Of a stretch of 55,453 nt of DNA, positions 16,246-25,733 are shown piece by piece (position 1 is the stretch's first letter; every line of letters starts with the position of its first letter). Source of the stretch: an uncultured Candidatus Saccharibacteria bacterium (lineage in GTDB: Bacteria; Patescibacteriota; Minisyncoccia; Phycocordibacterales; UBA9973); assembly GCA_964599225.1 (NCBI GenBank), contig CAZRDO010000006.1, forward strand, positions 1 through 55,453. Reading direction: 5' to 3'. The notes below the pieces were generated by a model. That model made no database searches, was not told where the DNA came from, and saw only the letters and a list, made by a program, of their open reading frames with translations. Position numbers and translations under genes: made by a program.

Positions 16246-17487
16246 CTATTCTTTGGGTTCGTTTTCGGAAGTTTCTGTTTTAGGCTCAGTAACCTCTTCG
16301 GTTATTTCGATAGTTTCGGGAGCAGCTTCTTCCACGGCGTCACTAGTCTCGACAGTCTCACCGTCACTTGAAGCAAATTCTTCACCTTTAACGCCTTTGA
16401 TATCAATGCGCCAGCCCGTGAGCTTGGCAGCCAGACGAACATTTTGTCCACCTTTTCCAATTGCGAGAGAGAGTTGGTCAGCGTTCACTTCAACTGAGGC
16501 TTTGTGTTCGCGCTCATCAATTTCAATCGAGATTACTTCGGCAGGTGAGAGAGAGTTGGCAACAAATTCTTTGACATCGTCACTCCAAGGAATGATATCG
16601 ATTTTTTCTCCAGCGAGTTCACCCATGACTGCACCGACACGCACACCGCGTCCGCCAACACATGAACCAACGGGATCAATATGTTCGTCAGTTGAGTAGA
16701 CAGCAATTTTTGAACGAGAACCTGGTTCACGAGCGATTGATTTAATGACCACCACACCGCTGGCGACTTCTGGAGATTCAAATCCAAAGAGAGCTTCAAT
16801 AAATTTTGGATGAGTGCGAGAGAGGCGAAGCATAACACCACGAGCAGTTTCTTCGACAGAATAGAGGTAGGCACGGACACGCTCCCCTCGTCGGTATTCT
16901 TCACCCGGAATTTGTTCTTCAGGACTAATCATGCCAACCGTACGATGGAAATCAATATAGACAGTGCCACGATCAATTTTCTGAACGACACCAGAAATTA
17001 CTTCGCCTTCTTTGGTGCCGAATTCATCAAGGATACTTGAGCGTTCTGCTTCACGAATGCGCTGGATTACAACTTGCTTGGCAGTTTGTGCAGCGATACG
17101 GCCAAAGTCTTCTTGGTTTTCGAGTGGGAAGATAAGTTCTTCATCAAGCTCAGCATCAGCTTTTATTTTCTGTGCATCAACTTGCATGATGTGCTTCTCA
17201 GGATTAAATCTGACGCGTTCATCACTCTCTTCATGTACATCTTCGGTATCTTCGGCTACGATTCGAACCGTTGAATCATCAACAACTATTTTGACTTGAT
17301 AAAATTCAGTGGCACCTGTATCAGTATTGAAGGTTGCACGAATAATTTGATCGCGCTTCCCGTATTCTTTTTTATACGCTGCCGCAAGGGCAAATTCGAT
17401 TGCTTCGATTATTTTCTGTTTTGGTATTCGGCGCTCCTCTTCGAGTTCGTCGAGGGCAGCTTTGAGGGCTTTGAGGTCTAGTAACAT
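16246..17487 (-). CDS. nusA: Transcription termination/antitermination factor NusA
   Basis: N-terminal domain, S1 domain (GEVISGVVQKIDRGTVYIDF), two KH domains (PVGSCVGGRGVRV; LAIGKGGQNVRLAAKLTGWRIDI) and an acidic tail. Confidence 0.9.
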   Translation of the reverse strand: MLLDLKALKAALDELEEERRIPKQKIIEAIEFALAAAYKKEYGKRDQIIRATFNTDTGATEFYQVKIVVDDSTVRIVAEDTEDVHEESDERVRFNPEKHIMQVDAQKIKADAELDEELIFPLENQEDFGRIAAQTAKQVVIQRIREAERSSILDEFGTKEGEVISGVVQKIDRGTVYIDFHRTVGMISPEEQIPGEEYRRGERVRAYLYSVEETARGVMLRLSRTHPKFIEALFGFESPEVASGVVVIKSIAREPGSRSKIAVYSTDEHIDPVGSCVGGRGVRVGAVMGELAGEKIDIIPWSDDVKEFVANSLSPAEVISIEIDEREHKASVEVNADQLSLAIGKGGQNVRLAAKLTGWRIDIKGVKGEEFASSDGETVETSDAVEEAAPETIEITEEVTEPKTETSENEPKE

Positions 17488-17547
17488 ATTAAGTTGTGTT
17501 TATTTTAAATAAAAAGTCGGGCGTTACCGACCGACAGAGACACTGAT

Positions 17548-17576
17548 ACTATAGCAAAATTGACAAATCGAGTCAA
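17548..17576 (-). promoter_or_regulatory. Sigma70-type promoter for nusA: TTGACT-17 nt-TATAGT
   Basis: The minus strand reads ttgact cgatttgtcaattttgc tatagt. The -10 box lies about 60 nt upstream of the nusA ATG. Confidence 0.5.
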
Positions 17577-17584
17577 TTTAGAGA

Positions 17585-17615
17585 AAGAAAAAACCCAGGA
17601 CTCGATAGCCTGGGT
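17585..17615 (-). terminator. Intrinsic terminator downstream of the 17635-18954 gene
   Basis: The minus strand reads acccagg-ctatcgagt-cctgggttttttctttc. Confidence 0.7.
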
Positions 17616-17634
17616 AAATTAGGGGCGAAGGAGC

Positions 17635-18954
17635 TCAATGTTGAACAATGAAAACCTTGTTTAGAACTGCGCCATCAAATGATACACGAGCGAAGTACTG
17701 ACCCGCTGGAAACTTAGTTTCGATGAGAGAGTTTGTGACTCCTTCAGAAACGATTTTACCCAACAAGTCGTAAATCACTACATGTCCATTTGCCGGACCT
17801 TTGATCTCAATGTGATCATTGGCAGGATTTGGGAACAGATTTATTTCAAAGCTACCTGAACTCGGCTCATTTGTACCAGTAAACTCTGGTATGTCAGTCC
17901 CAAAGACAATGATCTGTGTAAACGGAGATGGTTCAGTTTGTGTTAGAAATCCAGACACAACTGTCCATTTTCCGTTCACTTCTGTCTCGATGGCATATCC
18001 TATTCCGGAGGAATAAGAAGCGAAAGGATCCATCCAGGTATCTCCATCATACTGAGCAACGAGTGGGCCAACCTCAACATTATCGATGCCAAAAAACATA
18101 CCGGTAACATAAAGATTTTCACCATGAACGCTCATCTGGTCTACTCCAGGACAATCATCACCGTGAGTGAAGCTTGTCCAGTTCTCCGAAGTCGGAGAAA
18201 GGGTGACCAGTTCGGTATGAACACCATTGTCAGGGATAGTGGCGACTCCACCTAGAAGCATTAATTTCCCATTATACCAATCCAAGTCGGTCATGTAGAA
18301 GAGCTTCGTCACGTAACCCATATTCATCTCTGTTTTTTCACCCAATGTTCCATCAGCGGCAATTTTGTAAAGCCTCGACTCATAGTTCATAAATGATGTG
18401 CCTGTACGTTCGTTTACATAGAACGAGCCATCCATTGACGTATGGTTGAAACTTACGCATTGTGCGATGTGTCCAGAGTCTGCTTGAAACCAATTGGTTG
18501 CATTGGACTCATTCATGATCAAAGTGCCTTCATCAGTTGAGATCACAATTTTGTTAAAAATCGTATCAACGTCGTTTATCTTTGACGTTATCCCAAAATA
18601 TGAATCTGGAATCCAATCGGATGAAGGTGAGCCTAGATCATATGTGTAAAGGTATGGAGCCTTCTGAACCGACGCGAATAAAATATTTTCGATCCAGGGG
18701 ACAAAAAACAGATTATTGATAGTGTCGGGTAAGCCACTACCTAGTGAGAAAACCTCACCAGTAGCAATATTTGTTCCAGCGACATGAGGATACGGTGAAT
18801 CAAATTCACCACCTACAATTACAGTGTCACCTTTAAAAATCACAAGAGAGGTTACTCTCTTGTTGGCCTGAAGGGTGATGGTTTTTGTCTTTTGGGCAAT
18901 TGCCAGAAAAGAAAAAACCAACAAAAAAATGCTTAAAAATACAAGGTTTTTCAT
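17635..18954 (-). CDS. Secreted protein with a T9SS (Por) type C-terminal sorting domain
   Basis: Signal MKNLVFLSIFLLVFSFLAIAQ. The C-terminus INLFPNPANDHIEIKG...VVIYDLLGKIV...GQYFARV...KVFIVQH matches the Por secretion C-terminal sorting pattern. Confidence 0.7.
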   Translation of the reverse strand: MKNLVFLSIFLLVFSFLAIAQKTKTITLQANKRVTSLVIFKGDTVIVGGEFDSPYPHVAGTNIATGEVFSLGSGLPDTINNLFFVPWIENILFASVQKAPYLYTYDLGSPSSDWIPDSYFGITSKINDVDTIFNKIVISTDEGTLIMNESNATNWFQADSGHIAQCVSFNHTSMDGSFYVNERTGTSFMNYESRLYKIAADGTLGEKTEMNMGYVTKLFYMTDLDWYNGKLMLLGGVATIPDNGVHTELVTLSPTSENWTSFTHGDDCPGVDQMSVHGENLYVTGMFFGIDNVEVGPLVAQYDGDTWMDPFASYSSGIGYAIETEVNGKWTVVSGFLTQTEPSPFTQIIVFGTDIPEFTGTNEPSSGSFEINLFPNPANDHIEIKGPANGHVVIYDLLGKIVSEGVTNSLIETKFPAGQYFARVSFDGAVLNKVFIVQH

Positions 18955-19079
18955 GTTCTGTCAATTTTTCTGAGTTCATTATACCACTTTGCCATTTCTT
19001 TACAAGGGTTTTCCACAGATCTGGAAAAATGGAATTAGGCAATGTTTTTCAATACAGAGTATAATGAGTAGCAATATAT

Positions 19080-19400
19080 ATGATTGAAAATAACTCTACT
19101 AATACTACAGTCTATTCTAAGGCGCACTCCAGTAATGGAAAAAAGATTTTGGTCGTGATACTTCTTCTTATCATTCTCGGGGCGATAGTGTATTTCCTTA
19201 AAACTCCAAAAGAGAATGAACTTTCAGAAGAAGAGAAGATGAGAATACTTGAAGAGCTCTCAACTCAACATACTGGTCCTGATCTAACAAACGAAGAAAA
19301 ACAGATAATCCTTGAAAATATCGGAACGCAATCAACAGGCCCTTCGCTTACTGAGGAAGAGAAAATTGAGATACTAAATAATTTAGATAATTCAAAATAA
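19080..19400 (+). CDS. Small single-pass membrane protein with three 21-aa tandem repeats
   Basis: TM ILVVILLLIILGAIVYFL. Repeats L[ST]xEEKxxILExxxTQxTGPx have a 63-nt period starting at 19221, 19284 and 19347. Confidence 0.55.
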   Translation: MIENNSTNTTVYSKAHSSNGKKILVVILLLIILGAIVYFLKTPKENELSEEEKMRILEELSTQHTGPDLTNEEKQIILENIGTQSTGPSLTEEEKIEILNNLDNSK

Positions 19401-19402
19401 AC

Positions 19403-20851
19403 ATGAATAGAAAGCAAAAGTTGCTCATTGGGTCTACAGCACTTTTTCTCATGAGTGCATTTTCACTGTTTTTCATCCACACGGTAATACTAAAGGCCGA
19501 TACCTCTTCGAATAAGGTCACTGGCTATGCGTGGGCAGGTGATACTATTGGTTATATTTTTATGAACTGTTTGAGTCAAACATATGATGACGGTACCTTA
19601 GAGGGCGGAGGTGGTGAAACAGGTTTCAATACTAAAATTCAAAAGAAGTTTGCTTTCCGTAATCTATTCGTCAACATTGCGCATGCTGATAGTGCGATGT
19701 GTACACATAGTAATTACGGAGTTTCGGTAAATATGACTACGTTTGAACTCTCTGGTTTTGCTTGGGCACCTCATGTTGGCTGGGTTCAATTTGGTGGCCT
19801 CTCAGGATTTCCTACGACTGGTGAAGCGACAACAAACGCAAATGCAAAATTCGTACTTCAATCTGACGGCAACTACAAACTTACTGGCTGGGCAAAAGTG
19901 CTCTCAGGCGATCAAGTAAATGATGGTTGGGATGGCTGGATAAGTTTCGATGGAGAAGTTAAACCAGGAACCCAGGAAGAAAATCCTGGCTCAGAGAAAT
20001 CAACTGGCGGAGACAGAACATTTAACTTTAATCCATTTAGTGCCAAAAAAGTATTTGCAAAAGAGGCAACTTACCAGATTATTATTGATGTGTATGGGAA
20101 AGTGGATCCCTCTGGTAATGGTAGTCGCTATGGATGGGCAGGAGGACAGCAAGGAGATGTTATTGGCTGGGTAGATTTTTCACAAGTAGTTTTCCCTCAG
20201 ATGCCAAGTGGTCCAATTATTACACTGACTGCTACACCAAGTTCAGTTGCATATAGCACCACTGCACCAAAAGTGAAGCTTTCTTGGATTGGTCAAAATG
20301 GCACATTCACGACTTGTAAACCACTTGATGGAGTGAATACTTCAGATGCTTCAAAAGTCAGTAACTGGCCTACTCTTACGCTCCCAGTATTTGATATGAG
20401 CAATCAAAATAATAATTCTAAGGCAGGTGTAACTGTGCCCGGAATTCCTGGTACAACCGTGCAGTATAATATCGAATGTCTCGATACGATCTCCGGTACA
20501 TGGACCCAGGCAATTCAAACAGCACTTGTGACGATTACAGGACCAAGTGATTCATTTACACTTGCGCCGTCCTGTATCACTGAAGCAAATGTCGCGCTCG
20601 GTAATAACGAAGTGACACTGAACTGGAGTTCATCAGGAACTTCAAGTTGTTCGATCACTAACTACAGTGGAAGTGTCAGCGCGCCTGGGTCTGGATCGGG
20701 AACCCAGGATGTTACACAAAGTACTACCTTTACACTCAAATGTACGGGTAATAGTGGAGAAGCGCTTACGCCAATAAGTCATACGGTCAGTGTGGCACCG
20801 CTTTGTACATCAGCTGGCACTCCTACCATCCCAATTATCAAAGAACATTAA
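19403..20851 (+). CDS. Module A-like surface protein: G[YF]AW...GW[IV]xF repeats followed by Ig-like domains
   Basis: TGYAWAGDTIGYIFMNC, SGFAWAPHVGWVQFGG, DGWDGWISFDG, RYGWAGG..GDVIGWVDFS. Then two domains with an L-x-W...C...T-x-(F/Y)-T-L-x-C pattern. Confidence 0.65.
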   Translation: MNRKQKLLIGSTALFLMSAFSLFFIHTVILKADTSSNKVTGYAWAGDTIGYIFMNCLSQTYDDGTLEGGGGETGFNTKIQKKFAFRNLFVNIAHADSAMCTHSNYGVSVNMTTFELSGFAWAPHVGWVQFGGLSGFPTTGEATTNANAKFVLQSDGNYKLTGWAKVLSGDQVNDGWDGWISFDGEVKPGTQEENPGSEKSTGGDRTFNFNPFSAKKVFAKEATYQIIIDVYGKVDPSGNGSRYGWAGGQQGDVIGWVDFSQVVFPQMPSGPIITLTATPSSVAYSTTAPKVKLSWIGQNGTFTTCKPLDGVNTSDASKVSNWPTLTLPVFDMSNQNNNSKAGVTVPGIPGTTVQYNIECLDTISGTWTQAIQTALVTITGPSDSFTLAPSCITEANVALGNNEVTLNWSSSGTSSCSITNYSGSVSAPGSGSGTQDVTQSTTFTLKCTGNSGEALTPISHTVSVAPLCTSAGTPTIPIIKEH

Positions 20852-20911
20852 TAGTAATTGCATCGGATTGATTCCCGCGCTAAACTGTACTTATCAATTA
20901 ACAAACAACGT

Positions 20912-22171
20912 ATGATTTCAAGAGACATGATACAAAAAATAAAAGGCATCTTACTAGGACTTATTTTAGTGCTGGGAATTTCAGTTGCAGTGGCGAGTTG
21001 GAATCCGCCATCTGGAACTCCGTCGGCGGCAAACAATGAACAGGCCCCTGTTAACGTTGGCTCTGTAACACAAGATAAGAACGGAACCCTCGGAGTAACA
21101 CATATTAGTGGTTGGGATACGGCTCGTTTTTACGGTGATGTTTATCTTGGCAACACGATGGAGTCACAAGGGCCAGTCTCATACTCTCCAGTAATAATTG
21201 CAAGCTTAAGTAATGCTGGATCAGGAGTTTTTGATGACGATAAACCGGTGTGTGCAGATGCAGAAGGCGTATTAAAAATATGTGGCTCAATCGTCCCTCC
21301 ACCACAAACACCAACCGTAAATCTTACAGTTGATCAGCCAACAGTTACTACATCTGAAGTCACTTCAATATCACAAAGTGTAGAACTCGCCTGGACAACG
21401 AACGATCTCGTGGGCGCAACCTGTACAGGTACACAGAATAATGGAGCTTCAGGATTTACTACGAATCCTTCATATGCCGGTGGTACCGATAGTGCGACTG
21501 TGGAGAAATTTGGAATCACAACATTTACTATCACTTGTACGCCAACCTCTGGTTCACCGGTTAGTGATACTGCTACAGTTACTGCAACAGGCTTGAAGAC
21601 TTTTGTTTCTGGTACTTCAACCTTTACTCCAAGTAGTTCAGAATTTAATAGTGGCACTTCGTATACTGTACAAGCTGTAGGAGGTGGCGGAGGTGGAGTG
21701 ACATATGGTGGAGTAACAGGAGATTATGAAGGTACTAATGGTGGTAGTGGTACACAAACAACAGTTACGTACAATAGCTCGACAATTCTTACAGCAGCCC
21801 CTGGTGGCGGAGCGTCATTCACCACTTCGAGTGCGCCAACAGTAGGTGGGCTTGTTGCAAAAAATGGTACAGCTGGTGCTGGATCGACAGGCACAGCTCC
21901 TCTCTATAGTTTCGGAACCTACTTAAGTAATCAAACCTGTGGTAGTGGAGGTCCTACAACTGTTATGTATGGTGCAGGAGGCTCATCAGGCTGTAACTAC
22001 AACACTAATAAAAAAGGTGGTGCAGGAGGCTCACAAACCACAACCTCAGTATGGGCAACAGGTCTTGGCTACACGTTCTCCTTTGGTTCTGGTGGTACCG
22101 GTCCAAACAATACTACTGGTGGTGGCCAAGCACAAAATGGAGGAAACGGAGCAGTTCGATTCATCTGGTAA
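20912..22171 (+). CDS. Module B-like N-terminally anchored fibre protein with an Ig-like domain and a C-terminal glycine-rich (tail-fibre-type) domain
   Basis: TM GILLGLILVLGISVAV, then SWNPPSGTPSAANNEQAPVNVG. C-terminus ...YTVQAVGGGGGGVTYGG...GGNGAVRFIW resembles the phage-fibre glycine-rich domain. Confidence 0.6.
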   Translation: MISRDMIQKIKGILLGLILVLGISVAVASWNPPSGTPSAANNEQAPVNVGSVTQDKNGTLGVTHISGWDTARFYGDVYLGNTMESQGPVSYSPVIIASLSNAGSGVFDDDKPVCADAEGVLKICGSIVPPPQTPTVNLTVDQPTVTTSEVTSISQSVELAWTTNDLVGATCTGTQNNGASGFTTNPSYAGGTDSATVEKFGITTFTITCTPTSGSPVSDTATVTATGLKTFVSGTSTFTPSSSEFNSGTSYTVQAVGGGGGGVTYGGVTGDYEGTNGGSGTQTTVTYNSSTILTAAPGGGASFTTSSAPTVGGLVAKNGTAGAGSTGTAPLYSFGTYLSNQTCGSGGPTTVMYGAGGSSGCNYNTNKKGGAGGSQTTTSVWATGLGYTFSFGSGGTGPNNTTGGGQAQNGGNGAVRFIW

Positions 22172-22187
22172 TCATCAAATAGAAAAT

Positions 22188-22215
22188 AAAAATCACTCCC
22201 TAAGGAGTGATTTTT
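22188..22215 (+). terminator. Intrinsic terminator
   Basis: aaaaatcactcc-ctaa-ggagtgattttt. Confidence 0.8.
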
Positions 22216-22264
22216 ATTTTCACACAGTGTAAATGTTTTTCTCTGGTATACTTAGTGGAAAGAA

Positions 22265-24019
22265 ATGCAAATTAAAAAAGATCAATTAAAAAAATTCATT
22301 ATTGAGTCAAGTCTTGTTGCGAAAAAAGATATTGATGAAGCGGAAGCGCTCGCGATCCAAAAAGGAACAGACATCGGAGACGAGTTAGTAGGGCTTGGTA
22401 AGCTCAAACATAGTGATCTCAAACGCATCCAAGCCTATGTAGTAGGTATTCCCTTCATCTCACTTATTGGTGAGAAAATTGATCCGAGCATTCTCTCGCT
22501 TATTCCAGAACCAATTGCCAGGAACTATAATATTATTGCGTATAAAAAACACGGCGATGAACTTGAGGCGGCCATGCTTGATTTTGATGATTTGCCACGA
22601 CTAGATTTTATTCGGAAAAAAGTTGGTTTAAAAATTCTTCCGCGCCTTACTGACACTGCTTCAATTAAAGTCGGACTCGCTCAATATAAACAGAGTCTCA
22701 AAGCTGATTTTGATGCGATTCTACAGAAAGAAACCGAGTCACTGAAAACTATCGCTGAGGCAGCAGGTGATGAACCTAAGACTGAAAAGGAATTGAAGGA
22801 AATGGCTGAGGATATTCCAGTCGTTAAGATTGTTGATACGCTTATATCTCACGCAATTTTACAAAACGCTTCCGATATTCACATTGAACCACAAGAAGAA
22901 TCACTCGTTGTGCGCTATCGCATTGACGGCATCCTTCATGACGCGATGATTCTGCCCAAAGAAACGTCAGCTGGAATTATTGCCCGCATCAAAGTCCTCT
23001 CAAATCTCAAACTCGATGAGAAGCGTCTGCCGCAAGATGGTCGCTTCAAAATCAACAATGAAGAACAGCGTGTTTCATTTCGTGTTTCGACACTGCCGAC
23101 CTACTATGGTGAGAAAACTGTGATTAGAATTCTTAGAGAAAATGCCAAGGGTTATTCTCTTGAGGGTCTTGGATTCCATGGCGATGGTCTTGAGCGTATT
23201 CATGATTCACTCAAATTAAAAACTGGCATGATTCTCGCAACAGGTCCAACTGGTTCTGGTAAAACGACGACGCTCTACACTGTGCTTGATATTTTAAATA
23301 CACCAGACGTAAATATTTCGACTGTTGAAGATCCAATTGAATATCAGATGCCACGAATCAATCAAACACAAGTGAAATCTGAGATTGGACTGACATTTGC
23401 TAATGGTCTTCGTACACTTTTGCGTCAAGACCCTGACATCATCATGGTTGGTGAGATTCGAGACGAGGAAACTGTTGACCTAGCTATTAATGCCTCTCTC
23501 ACTGGACACCTTGTGCTCTCAACGATCCATACTAATTCTGCGGCTGGAGCAATTCCACGCATGATGGATATGGGTGCAGAAGCATTTCTCATTATTTCAA
23601 CAATTAGAACTATTATTGCGCAACGTCTCGTGCGCAAACTCTGTCATGCACGAGAACAATATACGATGGAAGAAGCAGAATTTAATGCACTCGCAAAAAT
23701 TGCTGATATGGATCATGTGCTCGATGCACTGAAGGCAGAAAAAATAGTTGAGAAAAATGCGACGTGGAAAACCATACCGTTTTATAAACCAATACCAGGA
23801 GAGGATTGCGAAGATGGATATAGTGGGCGAATTGGTATTCACGAAGTACTCACAGTTTCAAGCACCATCAAGGAACTCATCCTGAAAGGCTCAAGTGAAG
23901 ATGTGATTGCAGCCCAAGCACGAAAAGAAGGAATGCTTACGATGGTCGAAGATGGTATTTTCCAGGCCGCACAAGGACTTACAACAACAGCTGAAGTTCT
24001 GAGAGTTGTTTCAGAATAG
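22265..24019 (+). CDS. pilB: Type IV pilus assembly ATPase (GspE/PilB family)
   Basis: N-terminal GSPII_E_N-like domain, Walker A GPTGSGKTTT, Asp box, Walker B IIMVGEIRD and His box LVLSTIHTN. Confidence 0.9.
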   Translation: MQIKKDQLKKFIIESSLVAKKDIDEAEALAIQKGTDIGDELVGLGKLKHSDLKRIQAYVVGIPFISLIGEKIDPSILSLIPEPIARNYNIIAYKKHGDELEAAMLDFDDLPRLDFIRKKVGLKILPRLTDTASIKVGLAQYKQSLKADFDAILQKETESLKTIAEAAGDEPKTEKELKEMAEDIPVVKIVDTLISHAILQNASDIHIEPQEESLVVRYRIDGILHDAMILPKETSAGIIARIKVLSNLKLDEKRLPQDGRFKINNEEQRVSFRVSTLPTYYGEKTVIRILRENAKGYSLEGLGFHGDGLERIHDSLKLKTGMILATGPTGSGKTTTLYTVLDILNTPDVNISTVEDPIEYQMPRINQTQVKSEIGLTFANGLRTLLRQDPDIIMVGEIRDEETVDLAINASLTGHLVLSTIHTNSAAGAIPRMMDMGAEAFLIISTIRTIIAQRLVRKLCHAREQYTMEEAEFNALAKIADMDHVLDALKAEKIVEKNATWKTIPFYKPIPGEDCEDGYSGRIGIHEVLTVSSTIKELILKGSSEDVIAAQARKEGMLTMVEDGIFQAAQGLTTTAEVLRVVSE

Positions 24020-24047
24020 TCCATCCCCATAATGTAATGTTATAAAT

Positions 24048-25268
24048 ATGCAATTTACATACACTGCTACAAATAAGGTTGGCGAGAAGACAAAAGGAGC
24101 TATTGAGGCGTCGGATCGATTTGATGCAGCACATCAATTGCGTGCACAAGGATTGGTGCCGAGTACACTTACCGAACATCGTACAAAAAATAAAGAAGTA
24201 AACATACCACTACTGTCTCCGCTCCTCAACCACATTGGACTTCAAGAGAAAATTGTTTTTACCAGAAACCTTGCCGGCATGCTGACTGCTGGTCTCCCGC
24301 TCTCTCGAGCGCTCGGCGTACTGGAAAGGCAAACCCGTAATGTAATTTTCAAAAAAGTACTCAAGTCAATCGAAGATTCAATCAACAGTGGCGGTACGCT
24401 TTCGGACGGACTTTCGCTTCATAAAGAACATTTCTCCACATTATTTGTATCTATGGTCCGCGCTGGTGAAGAGTCGGGGACGCTCGCGAAGTCACTTTTA
24501 GAAGTGGGGCGGAATATTGAGAAAATTTATTCACTTCGCAGAAAAGTGAAAGGCGCGATGACGTACCCACTGATTATCGTCTTTGCAATTTTTTTGGTTG
24601 GAACTTTAATGCTGATCTTTGTGGTGCCAACGTTGACCGAGACCTTTGTTGGACTCGGCGTGAAACTTCCAAAGACCACACAATTTATTATTTTTATTAG
24701 TGATCTCGTTTCCAAACATACTCTTGTATTTTTTGGTACAGTCTTCGCACTGGTCATAGGGGTAGTGGCCGTGTCTCGTATCAAGGCGACTAAGAAATAT
24801 GTTGATACATTTATGCTTCATATTCCCGTCATTAAAAATATTGTGAAGGAGTTAAATACGGCGCGCACTGCACGGACAGTTGCTTCACTTCTCGCATCCG
24901 GCGTTGATATTACTCGAGCGCTTGAAATTACTAGAGATGTTCTTCAGAATGATCGGTACAAGAGTGTTATAGATGAAACCATTATTGCTGTACAAAAAGG
25001 TGTGCCCATCTCGACAGTCATCGAACGCTATCCCAATCTCTACGCACCAATGATGACTGAGATGGTGGAAGTGGGAGAAGAGACAGGGCAACTGGCGAGT
25101 ATTTTAACCAATGTTGCAGAATTTTATGAGGAAGAAGTCGATAATAAAACAAAAAGTCTCTCAACCATTATTGAACCGGTGTTGATGATTTTTGTTGGAG
25201 CCGCAGTCGGATTTTTTGCAGTTTCGATGATTACACCACTTTATTCGATTCTCAATACTATTGATTAA
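24048..25268 (+). CDS. pilC: Type IV pilus platform protein (GspF/PilC family)
   Basis: Two GspF repeats (FTRNLAGMLTAGLPLSRAL; TARTVASLLASGVDITRAL) and three TM segments. Confidence 0.9.
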   Translation: MQFTYTATNKVGEKTKGAIEASDRFDAAHQLRAQGLVPSTLTEHRTKNKEVNIPLLSPLLNHIGLQEKIVFTRNLAGMLTAGLPLSRALGVLERQTRNVIFKKVLKSIEDSINSGGTLSDGLSLHKEHFSTLFVSMVRAGEESGTLAKSLLEVGRNIEKIYSLRRKVKGAMTYPLIIVFAIFLVGTLMLIFVVPTLTETFVGLGVKLPKTTQFIIFISDLVSKHTLVFFGTVFALVIGVVAVSRIKATKKYVDTFMLHIPVIKNIVKELNTARTARTVASLLASGVDITRALEITRDVLQNDRYKSVIDETIIAVQKGVPISTVIERYPNLYAPMMTEMVEVGEETGQLASILTNVAEFYEEEVDNKTKSLSTIIEPVLMIFVGAAVGFFAVSMITPLYSILNTID

Positions 25269-25269
25269 C

Positions 25270-25728
25270 ATGAAAAAGACCGCAGGACTCTCTCTTATAG
25301 AACTGGTGATTACGGTCGCGCTCATTGGAGCACTGTCTGCAATTGTTGCAGTTTCATTTCACCAATTCCAACGTCAGCAAATTCAAAAGTCGACTGTCGA
25401 TACCATTATCTCAATGCTTGATAGTGCTCGAGCCAATACACTCTCTGCTCGGAATCTCTCACAGTTTGGTGTGCATTTCTCTTCCTCTGCCGTCGTATCA
25501 TTTGAAGGAGGAAGTTATGTGAGTGGTGCAGCTGGAAATGCTACCTATACACTTGATACTCGTGCAACACTCGGATCAATTTCACTCAATGGTGGAGGTA
25601 CAGATGTTATTTTTTCTCGCCTTACAGGGGACACTAACAATTATGGTACACTCAATGTCATAGTTACTGGTCTTTCTCCAAATAAAACTCTTACCATCAG
25701 TGGGACAGGAATTGTAAGTAGTAATTAA
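25270..25728 (+). CDS. Prepilin-type protein, GspH/FimT-like minor pilin
   Basis: MKKTAG|LSLIELVITVALIGALSAIV is a class III signal with Glu5. DSARANTLSAR follows the GspH-like pattern. Confidence 0.75.
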   Translation: MKKTAGLSLIELVITVALIGALSAIVAVSFHQFQRQQIQKSTVDTIISMLDSARANTLSARNLSQFGVHFSSSAVVSFEGGSYVSGAAGNATYTLDTRATLGSISLNGGGTDVIFSRLTGDTNNYGTLNVIVTGLSPNKTLTISGTGIVSSN

Positions 25729-25733
25729 CAAAT

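Noticed and set aside
16253-17481. Multiple + strand ORFs (148, 76, 95, 66 and 61 aa) antisense to nusA
   Set aside because: The nusA frame has S1 and KH motifs over its whole length. The antisense ORFs are S-rich shadow frames.
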